Shown piece by piece: positions 10,970 through 20,741 of a stretch of 64,000 bases of DNA (its first letter is position 1; each line of letters begins with the position of its first letter). The DNA is taken from NCBI GenBank assembly GCA_045560645.1, contig JBJKZE010000002.1, forward strand, positions 12,858 to 76,857, written 5' to 3'. The notes beneath the pieces are model-generated. The model did no database searches and had not been told where the DNA came from. It saw only the letters and a list, made by a program, of their open reading frames with translations. Position numbers and translations under genes: made by a program. Source of the stretch: Porticoccaceae bacterium. Its GTDB lineage: Bacteria; Pseudomonadota; Gammaproteobacteria; Pseudomonadales; Porticoccaceae.

Positions 10970-12022
10970 GTGGCTTTATCCGAGCAACCTAACGATATAT
11001 GTATTCTCAGATTGTCAGCAATTGGCGATGTATGCCATGCAGTGTCTGCGGTGCAGGCCATTCAAAAGCACTATCCAACGGCAAGTATTACCTGGGTAAT
11101 TGGTAAGATAGAGGCGGCATTATTAGATGGTTTACCAGGGGTAAAATTTGTTATTTTTGACAAAAAACAGGGTAAAGCTGCATATCAAAAATTAAAAAAA
11201 ACCTTCAAGCACAAGCAGTTTGATGTTTTATTGCATATGCAGGTTGCTTTTAGGGCTAATCTTGCCGCTAGCTGTATTCCGGCAAAAGTCAAAGTGGGGT
11301 TTGATTGGCACAGAGCCAAAGAAGCCCATTCACTTTTTATAAATCAGCCTATTGAAAAGCAACAGCAAGCCCATGTGCTGCAGGGTTTTATGGGGTTTGC
11401 TCAAGAAATAGGCGTGCCTGCTGCGGCGCCAAAATGGCAAATGCCGGTTTCTGATTCTGACAGAGCCACTGCCGTGAAGCATTTACAGGGCTTGGGAAAA
11501 ACTGTTGTTATAGCCCCTGCCGCCAGTGGGCCAGAACGCAACTGGGTGCCACAGCGGTATGCGCAGGTTGCACGCTATGCTCACAATCGAGGTTTTGCCA
11601 TTGTTCTCACGGGCGGCCCAACGGAATTAGAGCAGCGATTATCAGCTGAAATTATGCAATATATCGATTTTCCGGTATTAAATTTAGTCGGTAAAACCTC
11701 ACTAAAAGAGTTACTCTGCGTACTTGAGCAAGCGTCTTTAGTGATTGCTCCAGACACCGGCCCTGCCCATATGGCGGTGACTGTAGCAACGCCAGTGATT
11801 GGACTTTATGCCCATTCTAACCCAGCGCGAACTGGGCCCTACCTCTATCAAGACTATGTAGTTGAGGTATATCATCAAAATTTACAGCAACAATATGCAA
11901 AGACAGCAAAGCAGCTGCCTTGGGGTCGTCGGGTTAAGGGCGCAGAGCTAATGCAACAAATAACCACAGAGGCTGTTATAGCAATGTTTAACAGGGTGGT
12001 TGAGGAGCAAAAATTGTTATGA
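10970..12022 (+). CDS. GT9 LPS heptosyltransferase (OpsX/WaaC-like)
   Basis: RLSAIGDVCH and DTGPAHMA GT9 motifs; divergent from kdkA. Confidence 0.9.
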   Translation: MALSEQPNDICILRLSAIGDVCHAVSAVQAIQKHYPTASITWVIGKIEAALLDGLPGVKFVIFDKKQGKAAYQKLKKTFKHKQFDVLLHMQVAFRANLAASCIPAKVKVGFDWHRAKEAHSLFINQPIEKQQQAHVLQGFMGFAQEIGVPAAAPKWQMPVSDSDRATAVKHLQGLGKTVVIAPAASGPERNWVPQRYAQVARYAHNRGFAIVLTGGPTELEQRLSAEIMQYIDFPVLNLVGKTSLKELLCVLEQASLVIAPDTGPAHMAVTVATPVIGLYAHSNPARTGPYLYQDYVVEVYHQNLQQQYAKTAKQLPWGRRVKGAELMQQITTEAVIAMFNRVVEEQKLL

Positions 12023-12555
12023 CTAACAAAGCGGTTTTTTTAGATAGAGACGGCGTGATTAATATTGACCACTCCTACGTTTATAAGGTGGAAGATTTTG
12101 ATTTTATGGAGGGTATCTTTGAATTTTGCCGGCATGCCAAAAAATTAGGCTATAAGTTAGTTGTAGTAACCAATCAGTCAGGTATTGGTCGTGGCTATTT
12201 TTCAGAGGATGATTTTTCTAATCTAACACACTGGATGAAGCAGCAGTTTGCAGCGAATCAATGTGAAATTGATGCAGTATATTTTTGTCCCTACCACCCT
12301 GAAAAGGCCCTACCGCAGTACTTAAAGGACAGTGACTGGCGCAAGCCAGCCCCAGGCATGTTACTTCAAGCCATTCAAGAGTTTGATCTTGATCCCGGCG
12401 AATCTATGATGATTGGCGATAGAGAGACAGACATGCAGGCTGCTGAGGCCGCAGGTATTGGTAGAAAGATTCTACTTAACACTAAGGTCAATGCGTCATC
12501 GGATATTGCTAATGAGGTATGGCAAAGCCTTATAGAGGGAATCGAACGCTTTTAG
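12019..12555 (+). CDS. gmhB: D,D-heptose 1,7-bisphosphate phosphatase
   Basis: FLDRDGVIN, TNQSGIGRG, CPYHP, RKPAPGM and IGDR motifs. Confidence 0.94.
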   Translation: MTNKAVFLDRDGVINIDHSYVYKVEDFDFMEGIFEFCRHAKKLGYKLVVVTNQSGIGRGYFSEDDFSNLTHWMKQQFAANQCEIDAVYFCPYHPEKALPQYLKDSDWRKPAPGMLLQAIQEFDLDPGESMMIGDRETDMQAAEAAGIGRKILLNTKVNASSDIANEVWQSLIEGIERF

Positions 12556-12566
12556 TGCTAACTTAG

Positions 12567-13352
12567 CTAGCCTTTTTGTTTAAAGCTAAGGGATAGGCAA
12601 AACAGTAATGTTGCACTAATAACAATCGATGGGCCTGCCGGAGTATCTGCATGCCAAGAAGCTGCTAGGCCAGAAACCACAGAAATCATAGCAACCAAAC
12701 TGGCAATAAACGCCATAGACTCTGGGGTGGCGCTTATTCTGCGAGCCGTAGCAGCCGGGATAATTAATAGGGCGGTGATTAATAAAACCCCGACAATTTT
12801 CATTGCAATGGCAATTACTAGGGCAGTAATTACCATCAAAGCGGTTCTAACGCGAGCCACATTAATGCCTTCAACAGCAGCAAGTTCAGGCTCTACGGTA
12901 ATGCTGATAAGAGATTTCCAAAGGCTTGCCAGCAAAATAATAGCGACACTAGCACCGGCATAAATAACCCACAGATCAGCGGCGGTTACAGATAGTAAGT
13001 CGCCAAATAATAATGACATTAGATCTACCCGAATGTTAGACATCAATGAAATGACCACTAAACCTGCAGCTAGGGCGGAATGAGAGAGAATCCCCAGCAG
13101 AGTATCAAGTGCTAATACACCCTGTTGTTCCAAGGCTACCAACCCTAGAGCCATCGATAGGCAAACTAGAGTAACAGCTATACCAAGATCGATATTTAAC
13201 AATACTCCAAGAGCAACCCCTAACAGCGCACTATGGGCTAAAGTGTCGCCAAAATATGCCATCCTGCGCCATACCACAAAACAGCCGAGCGGCCCTGCTA
13301 CTGCAGCAACGCCAAGGCCGGCAAGCAATGCATAAATCAGAAAATCAATCAT
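12567..13352 (-). CDS. znuB: Zinc ABC transporter permease
   Basis: WRRMAYFGDTLAH and TPAGPSIV; ATG at 13352 overlaps the end of znuC. Confidence 0.95.
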   Translation of the reverse strand: MIDFLIYALLAGLGVAAVAGPLGCFVVWRRMAYFGDTLAHSALLGVALGVLLNIDLGIAVTLVCLSMALGLVALEQQGVLALDTLLGILSHSALAAGLVVISLMSNIRVDLMSLLFGDLLSVTAADLWVIYAGASVAIILLASLWKSLISITVEPELAAVEGINVARVRTALMVITALVIAIAMKIVGVLLITALLIIPAATARRISATPESMAFIASLVAMISVVSGLAASWHADTPAGPSIVISATLLFCLSLSFKQKG

Positions 13353-14109
13353 GTTGGCACCCTTCCCCATGCTGATGTTTACCCTCAGCATCAACTACCT
13401 TGCCCTCTAAATTATGTTGGTGATTATGCTGGTGATTATAAAGCGCTGTTTCACCAAAAATATCCAAATAGGCAGGATCCTGAGTAACCTGCTCGGGCTT
13501 GCCCTGACAGCAAATATGATGATTTAAGCAAATAACATGGTCGGTTGCTGACATAACCAGATGTAAATCATGTGATACCATCACAATGCCACAATTTAGC
13601 GAAGATCTTAGCTCGCCTATTAGCCCATATAGTTCGTTTTGACCATTAAAGTCTACGCCCTGAACAGGCTCATCTAAAACCAATAGGTTTGGTTGACGCA
13701 AAATCGCCCTAGCTAAAAGAGCGCGCTGCATTTCACCGCCGGAAAGCTTATGGAACGGGGTATTCTTAACCTCGGGGATACCCACAAGATCAAGCGCCTT
13801 ATGGCAGGCATCATGGGAAGTATTGGCTAGTTGCAAGAACCTGCAGGTGGAAATTGGCAGTGTTGGGTCTACATGTATTTTTTGCGGCATATAGCCAATC
13901 ACAAGATCATCAGCTCTATCTATTTTGCCATTATCTTGGGTAATTAGGCCCAAAATAAGCCTTACTAAAGAGGACTTGCCGGCACCATTAGGGCCAATGA
14001 TGGTGGTAATCTCGCCTCTATTTACTGTCATAGAGATATTTTGCAAAATAGCTTTGTCAGAAAACGTTTTACTGACTGACTGCAAGTTGATTAATGGTTT
14101 ACTCATCAT
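13345..14109 (-). CDS. znuC: Zinc ABC transporter ATPase
   Basis: GPNGAGKS, LSGGE, LDEP, HICC and His-rich tail. Confidence 0.95.
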   Translation of the reverse strand: MMSKPLINLQSVSKTFSDKAILQNISMTVNRGEITTIIGPNGAGKSSLVRLILGLITQDNGKIDRADDLVIGYMPQKIHVDPTLPISTCRFLQLANTSHDACHKALDLVGIPEVKNTPFHKLSGGEMQRALLARAILRQPNLLVLDEPVQGVDFNGQNELYGLIGELRSSLNCGIVMVSHDLHLVMSATDHVICLNHHICCQGKPEQVTQDPAYLDIFGETALYNHQHNHQHNLEGKVVDAEGKHQHGEGCQHD

Positions 14110-14596
14110 TCACTCCGGACTTACAGTTGGGGCAGCAACCGAATATTTCGATGATTTGGCTTTCATGCTTGAAGTTGACCATATCGCAAAGACTTTCTAG
14201 TAAACTATTAACCCTATTATCCGCCATTTCGGCTACAGTTTTACATTCTTGGCAAATTAAAAAGATATTGCTGTGGTCACTGTTGGGGAAAGGACAGCCA
14301 ATAAACGCATTTAATGACGGAATGCGATGAACTAGACCTAAATCTATTAGGAATTCTATGGCTCTATAGATTGTGGGGGGCGCTACAGGCTTGTCAGTGA
14401 CTTTTGAAAGCTGTTGTTGCAGCTGATAAGCCCCTAACGGTTGATGACTTTGCCATAGCAGCCTTAAGATAGCTTCTCTGGTGGCGGTTAAGCGCGCATT
14501 CGACTTGGCGCAAATCTCATGGGCGCGACTTATGGCCGCATTCATGGAGCGAACATGATCGTGGGGCTGATGTACTAGTCGCGCATTAGTGAGCAT
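14099..14596 (-). CDS. zur: Zinc uptake regulator (Fur family)
   Basis: HDH N-terminus, APPTIYRA, two CxxC motifs; heads znuCB. Confidence 0.93.
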   Translation of the reverse strand: MLTNARLVHQPHDHVRSMNAAISRAHEICAKSNARLTATREAILRLLWQSHQPLGAYQLQQQLSKVTDKPVAPPTIYRAIEFLIDLGLVHRIPSLNAFIGCPFPNSDHSNIFLICQECKTVAEMADNRVNSLLESLCDMVNFKHESQIIEIFGCCPNCKSGVNDE

Positions 14597-14619
14597 AAAT
14601 TACCTAAGTCATTTAAAGC

Positions 14620-14638
14620 TATGTTATAATATAACATA
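14620..14638. promoter_or_regulatory. Zur box
   Basis: Perfect 9-1-9 palindrome TATGTTATA-A-TATAACATA matching the proteobacterial Zur consensus, between divergent zur and znuA. Confidence 0.92.
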
Positions 14639-14703
14639 TAGTTAAAGCTAAAAAATAGCGAAAAATTAGTTTTTTAAACAAAATAAAGGGTGAAATTTAC
14701 ATA

Positions 14704-15585
14704 ATGAAACAATATAACATTGCATTTAAGGGATTTTGCTTATCCCTATTAATTGCCCTAACTGCCTTTATACCAACAGTTTCAGCTCAAGATGGCGTCA
14801 AGCCATTAGTCGTTACTAGTATTAAGCCTCTGGCAATTATTGTTAAATCGGCCTTTCAAGATAGAGTAGAGGTTGACTATTTAATGCCTGCGGCACAGTC
14901 GCCTCATGATGTTGTGTTAAAAATTTCGGACATTCGTACTTTATCTGCTGCAGATTTGGTGTTTTGGATTGGGCCGGATTTTGAAACCAGTGCGTCAAAG
15001 CAGTTTGCTGGGATAACAGCTTCAAAGCTTATAACAGCAATGGCACTGATAGACTCAGAGCATATGCTATCCTCTGAAAATGATCATCACAAGGATGACC
15101 ATCATGACCATGACTTTGATCCACATATCTGGCTGTCGCCAACATTAGCTAAACAATTAGTGAAAGCCTTATCTGCACAACTTAATATCCCAGCACAGGA
15201 CATATTTAATCCGTTAGCGGAAAAAACAGTAAAGAATTTGTTAGATAAGGCGAAAAATGGAAATTATATTGTTCACCATCAGGCATTTGGCTATTTTATT
15301 GACGAGTTTAAATTACAGCCAGGATTGCCAATTCGAGATATGTTGGGAAAGCAGCAGGGCGCAAAGACGCAATATAATTTGCGCCTAGAAGGCGAAAAAC
15401 TCGGTGTAAGTTGTGTATTTATTGAGCCACAGCATGGTCATAAGGATGCAATGGCCGTGGCAAATGACTTAGCAGTGCCAACAAAATCCATCGATATACT
15501 GGCGGTAGCTTATGAATCTGAGCTGCCGAGTTATGAATCTTATATCTATGGTTTAGCTCAGCAATTTAGCGCTTGTTTTAAATAA
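14704..15585 (+). CDS. znuA: Zinc ABC transporter substrate-binding protein
   Basis: Signal peptide, TSIKPL, SPHD, His/Asp loop, DPHIWL and HQAFGYF. Confidence 0.92.
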   Translation: MKQYNIAFKGFCLSLLIALTAFIPTVSAQDGVKPLVVTSIKPLAIIVKSAFQDRVEVDYLMPAAQSPHDVVLKISDIRTLSAADLVFWIGPDFETSASKQFAGITASKLITAMALIDSEHMLSSENDHHKDDHHDHDFDPHIWLSPTLAKQLVKALSAQLNIPAQDIFNPLAEKTVKNLLDKAKNGNYIVHHQAFGYFIDEFKLQPGLPIRDMLGKQQGAKTQYNLRLEGEKLGVSCVFIEPQHGHKDAMAVANDLAVPTKSIDILAVAYESELPSYESYIYGLAQQFSACFK

Positions 15586-15631
15586 ATGATGTATTATTTA
15601 AATACACAAATCGCAAATAAAATAGATAATT

Positions 15632-18391
15632 ATGACTGATAAAGCCCCGCTTATTCTTGTTGATGGCTCTTCGTATTTATACCGAGCATTTCATGCGTTA
15701 CCTCCCTTAACTAATAGCAAGGGGCTACCAACGGGAGCGGTTAAGGGCGTTGTCAATATGATGCGGCGCCTGCAAAAAGACTATCCCAATAGCACTACAG
15801 CGGTTATTTTTGATGCCAAGGGCAAAACCTTTCGCGATGATATTTACAGTGAATATAAGGCTAATCGCCCACCCATGCCCGATGAGCTCCGCTCACAGAT
15901 TGAGCCTATACACACTATTATTAAAGCCATGGGAATGCCGCTGATCAGCATTGAGGGTGTTGAGGCTGATGATGTTATTGGCACCTATGCCTTGCAGGCA
16001 ACTAAAAATCAGCAACCGGTGATTATATCTACTGGTGACAAGGATATAGCTCAGTTGGTCAATGAGCATATCAGTTTGGTAAACACCATGACTGATGCTC
16101 ACTTAGACAGAGAGGGGGTCATAGCCAAGTTTGGCATACCACCAGAACTTATTATCGATTACCTCGCACTATTAGGTGACAAATCGGACAATATTCCCGG
16201 TGTCCCTGGCGTTGGAGAGAAAACCGCATTGGGCTTATTGCAGGGGCTAGGGGGGTTGGATGCTATTTATCAGCGACTTGACGAGGTTGCCGAGCTGAGT
16301 TTTCGTGGCGCTAAAACTATGGCGGCTAAACTAGAAGAGCATAAAGAGCTTGCCTATCTTTCCTACACATTAGCGACTATAAAAACCGATGTTGAGGTTG
16401 ACTTGAATGTTGATCAGTTGGTAAACCAAGAGCCTGATCAGGTTGAATTGCTTAAACAGTTCCAATCGATGGAATTTAAAACTTGGATTAATGAGCTCAG
16501 CGGCTCGCAAAGCCAGGGTAAACCGACGAAGGCTGATGACACAACAGTTACTGCGCAAAAGATTGAGCCCAATGAGCCACAAGCAATTAATTATGAAACA
16601 ATTTTGGACTCTCAGCAGTTCACTACCTGGCTGGAAACACTTAAAAATAGCTCTTTAATTGCGGTAGATACGGAAACCACCAGTTTAGATTATATGGTTG
16701 CAGATTTGGTTGGCATCAGTGTTGCTACTAAGCCTGGAACTGCAGCATATATACCCTTTGGGCACGATTATCTCGGTGTGCCAGAACAATTATCAAGAGA
16801 TTTTGTGCTCAACGGGATAAAGTCTATTCTTGAAAATCCTCAAGTTAAAAAAGTCGGTCAAAATTTAAAATATGATATGAGCGTGCTGGCCCAGCATGGG
16901 ATTAATCTTCAAGGGGTAGCTTTTGACACCATGTTGGAATCCTATGTTTTAGACAGCGTAGCCACACGACATGATATGGATAGCTTGGCACTGCATTATC
17001 TTGATAAAAAAACCATTAGTTTTACTGAGATTGCTGGTAAAGGCGCATCACAGCTTACTTTTAATCAAATCGCTTTGGATCAAGCTGGGCCTTACGCAGC
17101 TGAAGATGCAGATATTACATTGCGCTTACATCAGGCATTGTGGCCGCAGGTTGAAGCACAATTGCCGCTTAAAACCTTATTTCAAGAAATTGAACTTCCT
17201 CTAATAAAAGTTCTTTCTACAATCGAGCGCACCGGCGCACTGGTTGACGATACATTATTATTTCAACAGAGTCAGGAACTGGCAGAGCGCCTTGCCGAAT
17301 TAGAAACTCAGGCGTGGGGCCTAGCAGGTCAGGAGTTTAATTTAGCCTCTCCAAAACAGTTGGCTGAAATCTTATTCGAAAAATTAGAAATACCGGTGGT
17401 TAAAAAGACGGCAAAGGGTGCGCCATCAACCAAAGAGGAAGTGCTTCAAGAATTGGCGCTGGACTATCCACTGCCTAAGGTACTTTTAGAGCATCGTGGT
17501 TTAGCCAAGTTAAAATCTACCTATACCGATAAGCTACCGACTATGATTAACCCTGCTACCAAGAGAATTCATACCTCTTATCATCAGGCGGGAACTGCAA
17601 CTGGAAGACTATCGTCCTCTGACCCTAATTTACAGAATATTCCTATTCGAACTGCCGAGGGTCGTCGGGTACGACAGGCATTTATAGCCCCTGTCGGACA
17701 TCGCTTAATTGCTGCGGATTATTCGCAAATTGAATTGCGAATAATGGCGCACTTATCCGGTGATCAGAATTTATTAAAAGCATTTCAGCAGGGTCAGGAT
17801 GTTCATAGCGCCACAGCGGCCGAGGTTTTTAGCGTCAATCTTGCTCAGGTAACCACAGATCAACGTCGGAGTGCTAAAGCGATTAACTTTGGTCTAATTT
17901 ATGGCATGTCAGCCTTTGGTTTGGCTCGACAGCTAAATATTAGCCGCAAGCAAGCGGCGGAATATATTGAGCTATATTTTCAGCGTTATCCTGGTGTTCA
18001 GAATTACATGAATCAAGTGCGGCATGCGGCAGCAGAAAATGGCTTTGTAGAAACACACTTTGGCAGACGTTTGTATTTGCCAGAAATCAACAGTAGTAAT
18101 GGTATGCGCCGTCAGGCTGCAGAGCGAACGGCAATTAACGCACCAATGCAGGGAACTGCGGCAGATATCATAAAGTTGGCAATGATCAATGTCGATAATT
18201 GGCTGCAAAGCCACCAGCTGAAAAGTCGAATGATTATGCAGGTGCATGATGAACTGGTGCTCGAGGTGCCAGAAGCTGAATATCAGCAGGTCGTTATTGG
18301 GGTCAAAGAATGCATGGAAGCGGCTGCCAGTTTACAGGTTAGATTAGTGGTAGATGTAGGGAGTGGAGACAATTGGGATGAGGCACATTAA
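15632..18391 (+). CDS. polA: DNA polymerase I
   Basis: [13 protein letters not shown] 5'-exo, DTETT 3'-exo, [18 protein letters not shown] and QVHDE motifs. Confidence 0.99.
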   Translation: MTDKAPLILVDGSSYLYRAFHALPPLTNSKGLPTGAVKGVVNMMRRLQKDYPNSTTAVIFDAKGKTFRDDIYSEYKANRPPMPDELRSQIEPIHTIIKAMGMPLISIEGVEADDVIGTYALQATKNQQPVIISTGDKDIAQLVNEHISLVNTMTDAHLDREGVIAKFGIPPELIIDYLALLGDKSDNIPGVPGVGEKTALGLLQGLGGLDAIYQRLDEVAELSFRGAKTMAAKLEEHKELAYLSYTLATIKTDVEVDLNVDQLVNQEPDQVELLKQFQSMEFKTWINELSGSQSQGKPTKADDTTVTAQKIEPNEPQAINYETILDSQQFTTWLETLKNSSLIAVDTETTSLDYMVADLVGISVATKPGTAAYIPFGHDYLGVPEQLSRDFVLNGIKSILENPQVKKVGQNLKYDMSVLAQHGINLQGVAFDTMLESYVLDSVATRHDMDSLALHYLDKKTISFTEIAGKGASQLTFNQIALDQAGPYAAEDADITLRLHQALWPQVEAQLPLKTLFQEIELPLIKVLSTIERTGALVDDTLLFQQSQELAERLAELETQAWGLAGQEFNLASPKQLAEILFEKLEIPVVKKTAKGAPSTKEEVLQELALDYPLPKVLLEHRGLAKLKSTYTDKLPTMINPATKRIHTSYHQAGTATGRLSSSDPNLQNIPIRTAEGRRVRQAFIAPVGHRLIAADYSQIELRIMAHLSGDQNLLKAFQQGQDVHSATAAEVFSVNLAQVTTDQRRSAKAINFGLIYGMSAFGLARQLNISRKQAAEYIELYFQRYPGVQNYMNQVRHAAAENGFVETHFGRRLYLPEINSSNGMRRQAAERTAINAPMQGTAADIIKLAMINVDNWLQSHQLKSRMIMQVHDELVLEVPEAEYQQVVIGVKECMEAAASLQVRLVVDVGSGDNWDEAH

Positions 18392-18416
18392 AAATTAACT
18401 TTTTTTTAATAATTTG

Positions 18417-18443
18417 GGAACTTAATTCAAAAGCGCTGTCTAA
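18417..18443 (+). promoter_or_regulatory. Putative sigmaE/AlgU-type promoter
   Basis: GGAACTT (18417-23) and GTCTAA (18438-43); spacer about 1 nt shorter than the usual consensus. Confidence 0.55.
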
Positions 18444-18448
18444 GTCTA

Positions 18449-18553
18449 TGTAAGCAGCAAAAAATGTGAATTCTCTTCCCCTAGTGAGAATGGCGCGTAA
18501 TCTCTCCTTTTAACAACAGGCCCTGAATCAATTTGATCAGGGTCTTTTTTTTT
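18449..18553 (+). ncRNA. Candidate sRNA at the polA-engB locus (positional counterpart of ErsA/Spot 42)
   Basis: Upstream sigmaE-like promoter, hairpin with a C-rich loop, CU-rich single strand, terminator with U9 tail; no ORF. Confidence 0.55.
18518..18553 (+). terminator. Intrinsic terminator
   Basis: AGGCCCTGA...TCAGGGTCT stem running into a T9 tract. Confidence 0.85.
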
Positions 18554-18556
18554 GCA

Positions 18557-19156
18557 TTAATCCTCTAACCAGCTAATGAGTTTTTGCTCTAGCTCTGGTA
18601 GTCCAGTTTTTTTCAATGATGAAAAAATTTGAGCACTCAAAAGGGTAAAGCCCGGATCCATATCGCGAAGCAATTTTTCAACGCCTAACAAAGAGCTCAT
18701 TGCTGGGCCGCGTTTAAGTTTATCTGCTTTAGTCAGCAAAATATGCACCGGCAGACCTGCTTGAGCTGCCCAATTTAACATTTGTTGATCATAATCTTGC
18801 AGCGGATGTCTAATATCCATCAAAAGCACTAAGCCAGAAAGGCTGTTACGATTTTGTAGATATTCAGCTAGGTTTCTATCCCATTTTGCCTTTATAGCCT
18901 TTGGAACTTTGGCGTAACCATAACCCGGAAGGTCAACCAGTCGCTTTTCAGGTTCAATTTCAAAATGATTGATTAACTGAGTGCGACCTGGGGTCTTACT
19001 AGTTCGCGCCAGCCCTTTATTGCGAGTTAAGGTATTTATTGCGCTAGACTTGCCAGCATTAGAGCGACCTGCAAAGGCAACTTCGCGGCCGCTATCACTT
19101 GGACATTGCTTGAGCGTTTGAGCGCTAATTAAGAATTCGACTGTATTAAAGTTCAC
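18557..19156 (-). CDS. engB: GTP-binding protein EngB/YihA
   Basis: [15 protein letters not shown] and TKADK motifs. Confidence 0.97.
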   Translation of the reverse strand: MNFNTVEFLISAQTLKQCPSDSGREVAFAGRSNAGKSSAINTLTRNKGLARTSKTPGRTQLINHFEIEPEKRLVDLPGYGYAKVPKAIKAKWDRNLAEYLQNRNSLSGLVLLMDIRHPLQDYDQQMLNWAAQAGLPVHILLTKADKLKRGPAMSSLLGVEKLLRDMDPGFTLLSAQIFSSLKKTGLPELEQKLISWLED

Positions 19157-19192
19157 TTTTTTAAAATCCGTAAAAAGACATTGTAATTTGGT

Positions 19193-19229
19193 TTAAGAAA
19201 AACAGCTTATTGGTATATAATGCGCGCGC
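19193..19229 (+). promoter_or_regulatory. sigma70 promoter with GC-rich discriminator for cytochrome c4-dsbA
   Basis: TTAAGA-N17-TATAAT followed by GCGCGCGC. Confidence 0.6.
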
Positions 19230-19325
19230 TAAAGCTCATTGAGCTAACTACCTTTTACAGGTTCGCGCGTATAGCTTATTAAATACGCCCAACCATTCTA
19301 ACGTATAGTGAGATTTGGAATAACC

Positions 19326-19964
19326 ATGAAGAGAATCTTTTTTGTTTACGGCCTTATAGCTTTGTTTCTAACTACACCTGTTTGGGCTGGTGGAGACGCG
19401 GCTGCGGGCAAGCTGAAAACCGCAAGCTGTGCGGGTTGTCACGGTCAAGATGGAAATAGCGCTATTGCCTCTTTCCCAAAATTGGCAGGCCTTGGCGAGA
19501 AATACTTAACCGCCCAATTGCGTCATATTAAAGCCGGTGAGCGCGTTATCGTTGAAATGACAGGGATACTAGACTACATGTCAGACCAAGATTTGCAGGA
19601 CATGGCGGCTTATTACAATAGCAAAAAGATGCAAATTTCTGGTGCACAAGAAATAACTTTAATTGGCATGAATGATCCGCAAAAAGTTCTAGAGCTGGGT
19701 GAAAATCTCTATCGCGCTGGCAATCTTAAAACAGGTGTTGCCGCCTGTGTCGCATGTCACTCGCCATCAGGCAAGGGTAATGGACCTGCAGGATACCCAG
19801 CATTGGGTGGCCAATATGCAGAGTATACCGAAAAGCAATTGTTGGCTTATCGAAGTGGTGAGCGCAATTCAGGCGCTAACGCAAAAATCATGCAGGGAGT
19901 TGCTAAGGCGTTAAGCGATAAAGAAATTAAAGCGCTAGCTAATTATATTTCTGGATTGAACTAA
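19326..19964 (+). CDS. Diheme cytochrome c4
   Basis: Signal peptide; two CxxCH motifs (CAGCH, CVACH); ATG at 19326. Confidence 0.93.
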   Translation: MKRIFFVYGLIALFLTTPVWAGGDAAAGKLKTASCAGCHGQDGNSAIASFPKLAGLGEKYLTAQLRHIKAGERVIVEMTGILDYMSDQDLQDMAAYYNSKKMQISGAQEITLIGMNDPQKVLELGENLYRAGNLKTGVAACVACHSPSGKGNGPAGYPALGGQYAEYTEKQLLAYRSGERNSGANAKIMQGVAKALSDKEIKALANYISGLN

Positions 19965-19998
19965 TATATATATTGAAACAAATTTTGTCAGGAGACTT

Positions 19999-20640
19999 AT
20001 GATGTTGTGGATAAAGCGAATCGTTTTTACGCTAGCCTTGTTGCCATTGGCAATGTGCCAGGCGGCAGATGAAGCATTTAAAGCGGGCGAACATTACGAT
20101 ATTCTTCCTCAGGCTGTAAGAACGGCTAATTCAGACAAAATTGAAGTCAATGAAGTATTTGCCTATACCTGTGGTCACTGCTTTAATTTCCAAGCTGAAT
20201 TGCACCCATGGGTTGAAAAATTGCCTGCCGATGTTGATTTCCAAAGTACGCCGGCAATATGGCAGCCTAAAATGGAAGCCTATGCTCGCGCTTACTATGC
20301 GGCGAAAATTTTAAATGTACTGGATCAGGTGCATACGCCAATTTTTGAGGCCATTCATTTGAAAAAAAAATCCGTTAAAAATGAAGCGGATTTTGCTGAA
20401 ATTTTTACCGCCAATGGTGTTGATAGTAAAAAGTTTGCCAATGCATTTAACTCTTTTGGTACAAATAGCATGGTAGCTCAGGCCAAATCTCGAGTTCGTG
20501 CATACAAGGTACGCGGTACGCCAGAGATGATTATTAATGGTAAATATCGCTTAAGCACAACTAAAGCGGGCGGTTTTTCTGGCATGCTAAAAGTAGCTGA
20601 ATTTTTGATTGAAAAAGAGCGCACCTTAGCTGCTAAATAA
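19999..20640 (+). CDS. dsbA: Thiol:disulfide oxidoreductase DsbA
   Basis: CGHC active site, GTP cis-Pro loop, NGKY. Confidence 0.93.
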   Translation: MMLWIKRIVFTLALLPLAMCQAADEAFKAGEHYDILPQAVRTANSDKIEVNEVFAYTCGHCFNFQAELHPWVEKLPADVDFQSTPAIWQPKMEAYARAYYAAKILNVLDQVHTPIFEAIHLKKKSVKNEADFAEIFTANGVDSKKFANAFNSFGTNSMVAQAKSRVRAYKVRGTPEMIINGKYRLSTTKAGGFSGMLKVAEFLIEKERTLAAK

Positions 20641-20642
20641 TT

Positions 20643-20663
20643 AAATTTCCCAGAGGGAAATTT
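20643..20663 (+). terminator. Hairpin after dsbA, possible terminator
   Basis: AAATTTCCC-AGA-GGGAAATTT immediately after the stop codon. Confidence 0.4.
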
Positions 20664-20741
20664 CTGATTTAATCGATTACTAAATTAAACTATGGTCCTT
20701 TATTTATTGTGGGATCCAAGGGTATTAACAAAGTTAAAATT

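Noticed and set aside
15081-15125. Short GACCAT-type repeats in znuA (and the His-rich tail of znuC)
   Set aside because: They encode the expected His/Asp metal-binding loops, not a DNA repeat element.
20664-20741. Alphaproteobacterial serC leader RNA
   Set aside because: Only a weak G-U-rich stem is present; I could not match the motif.
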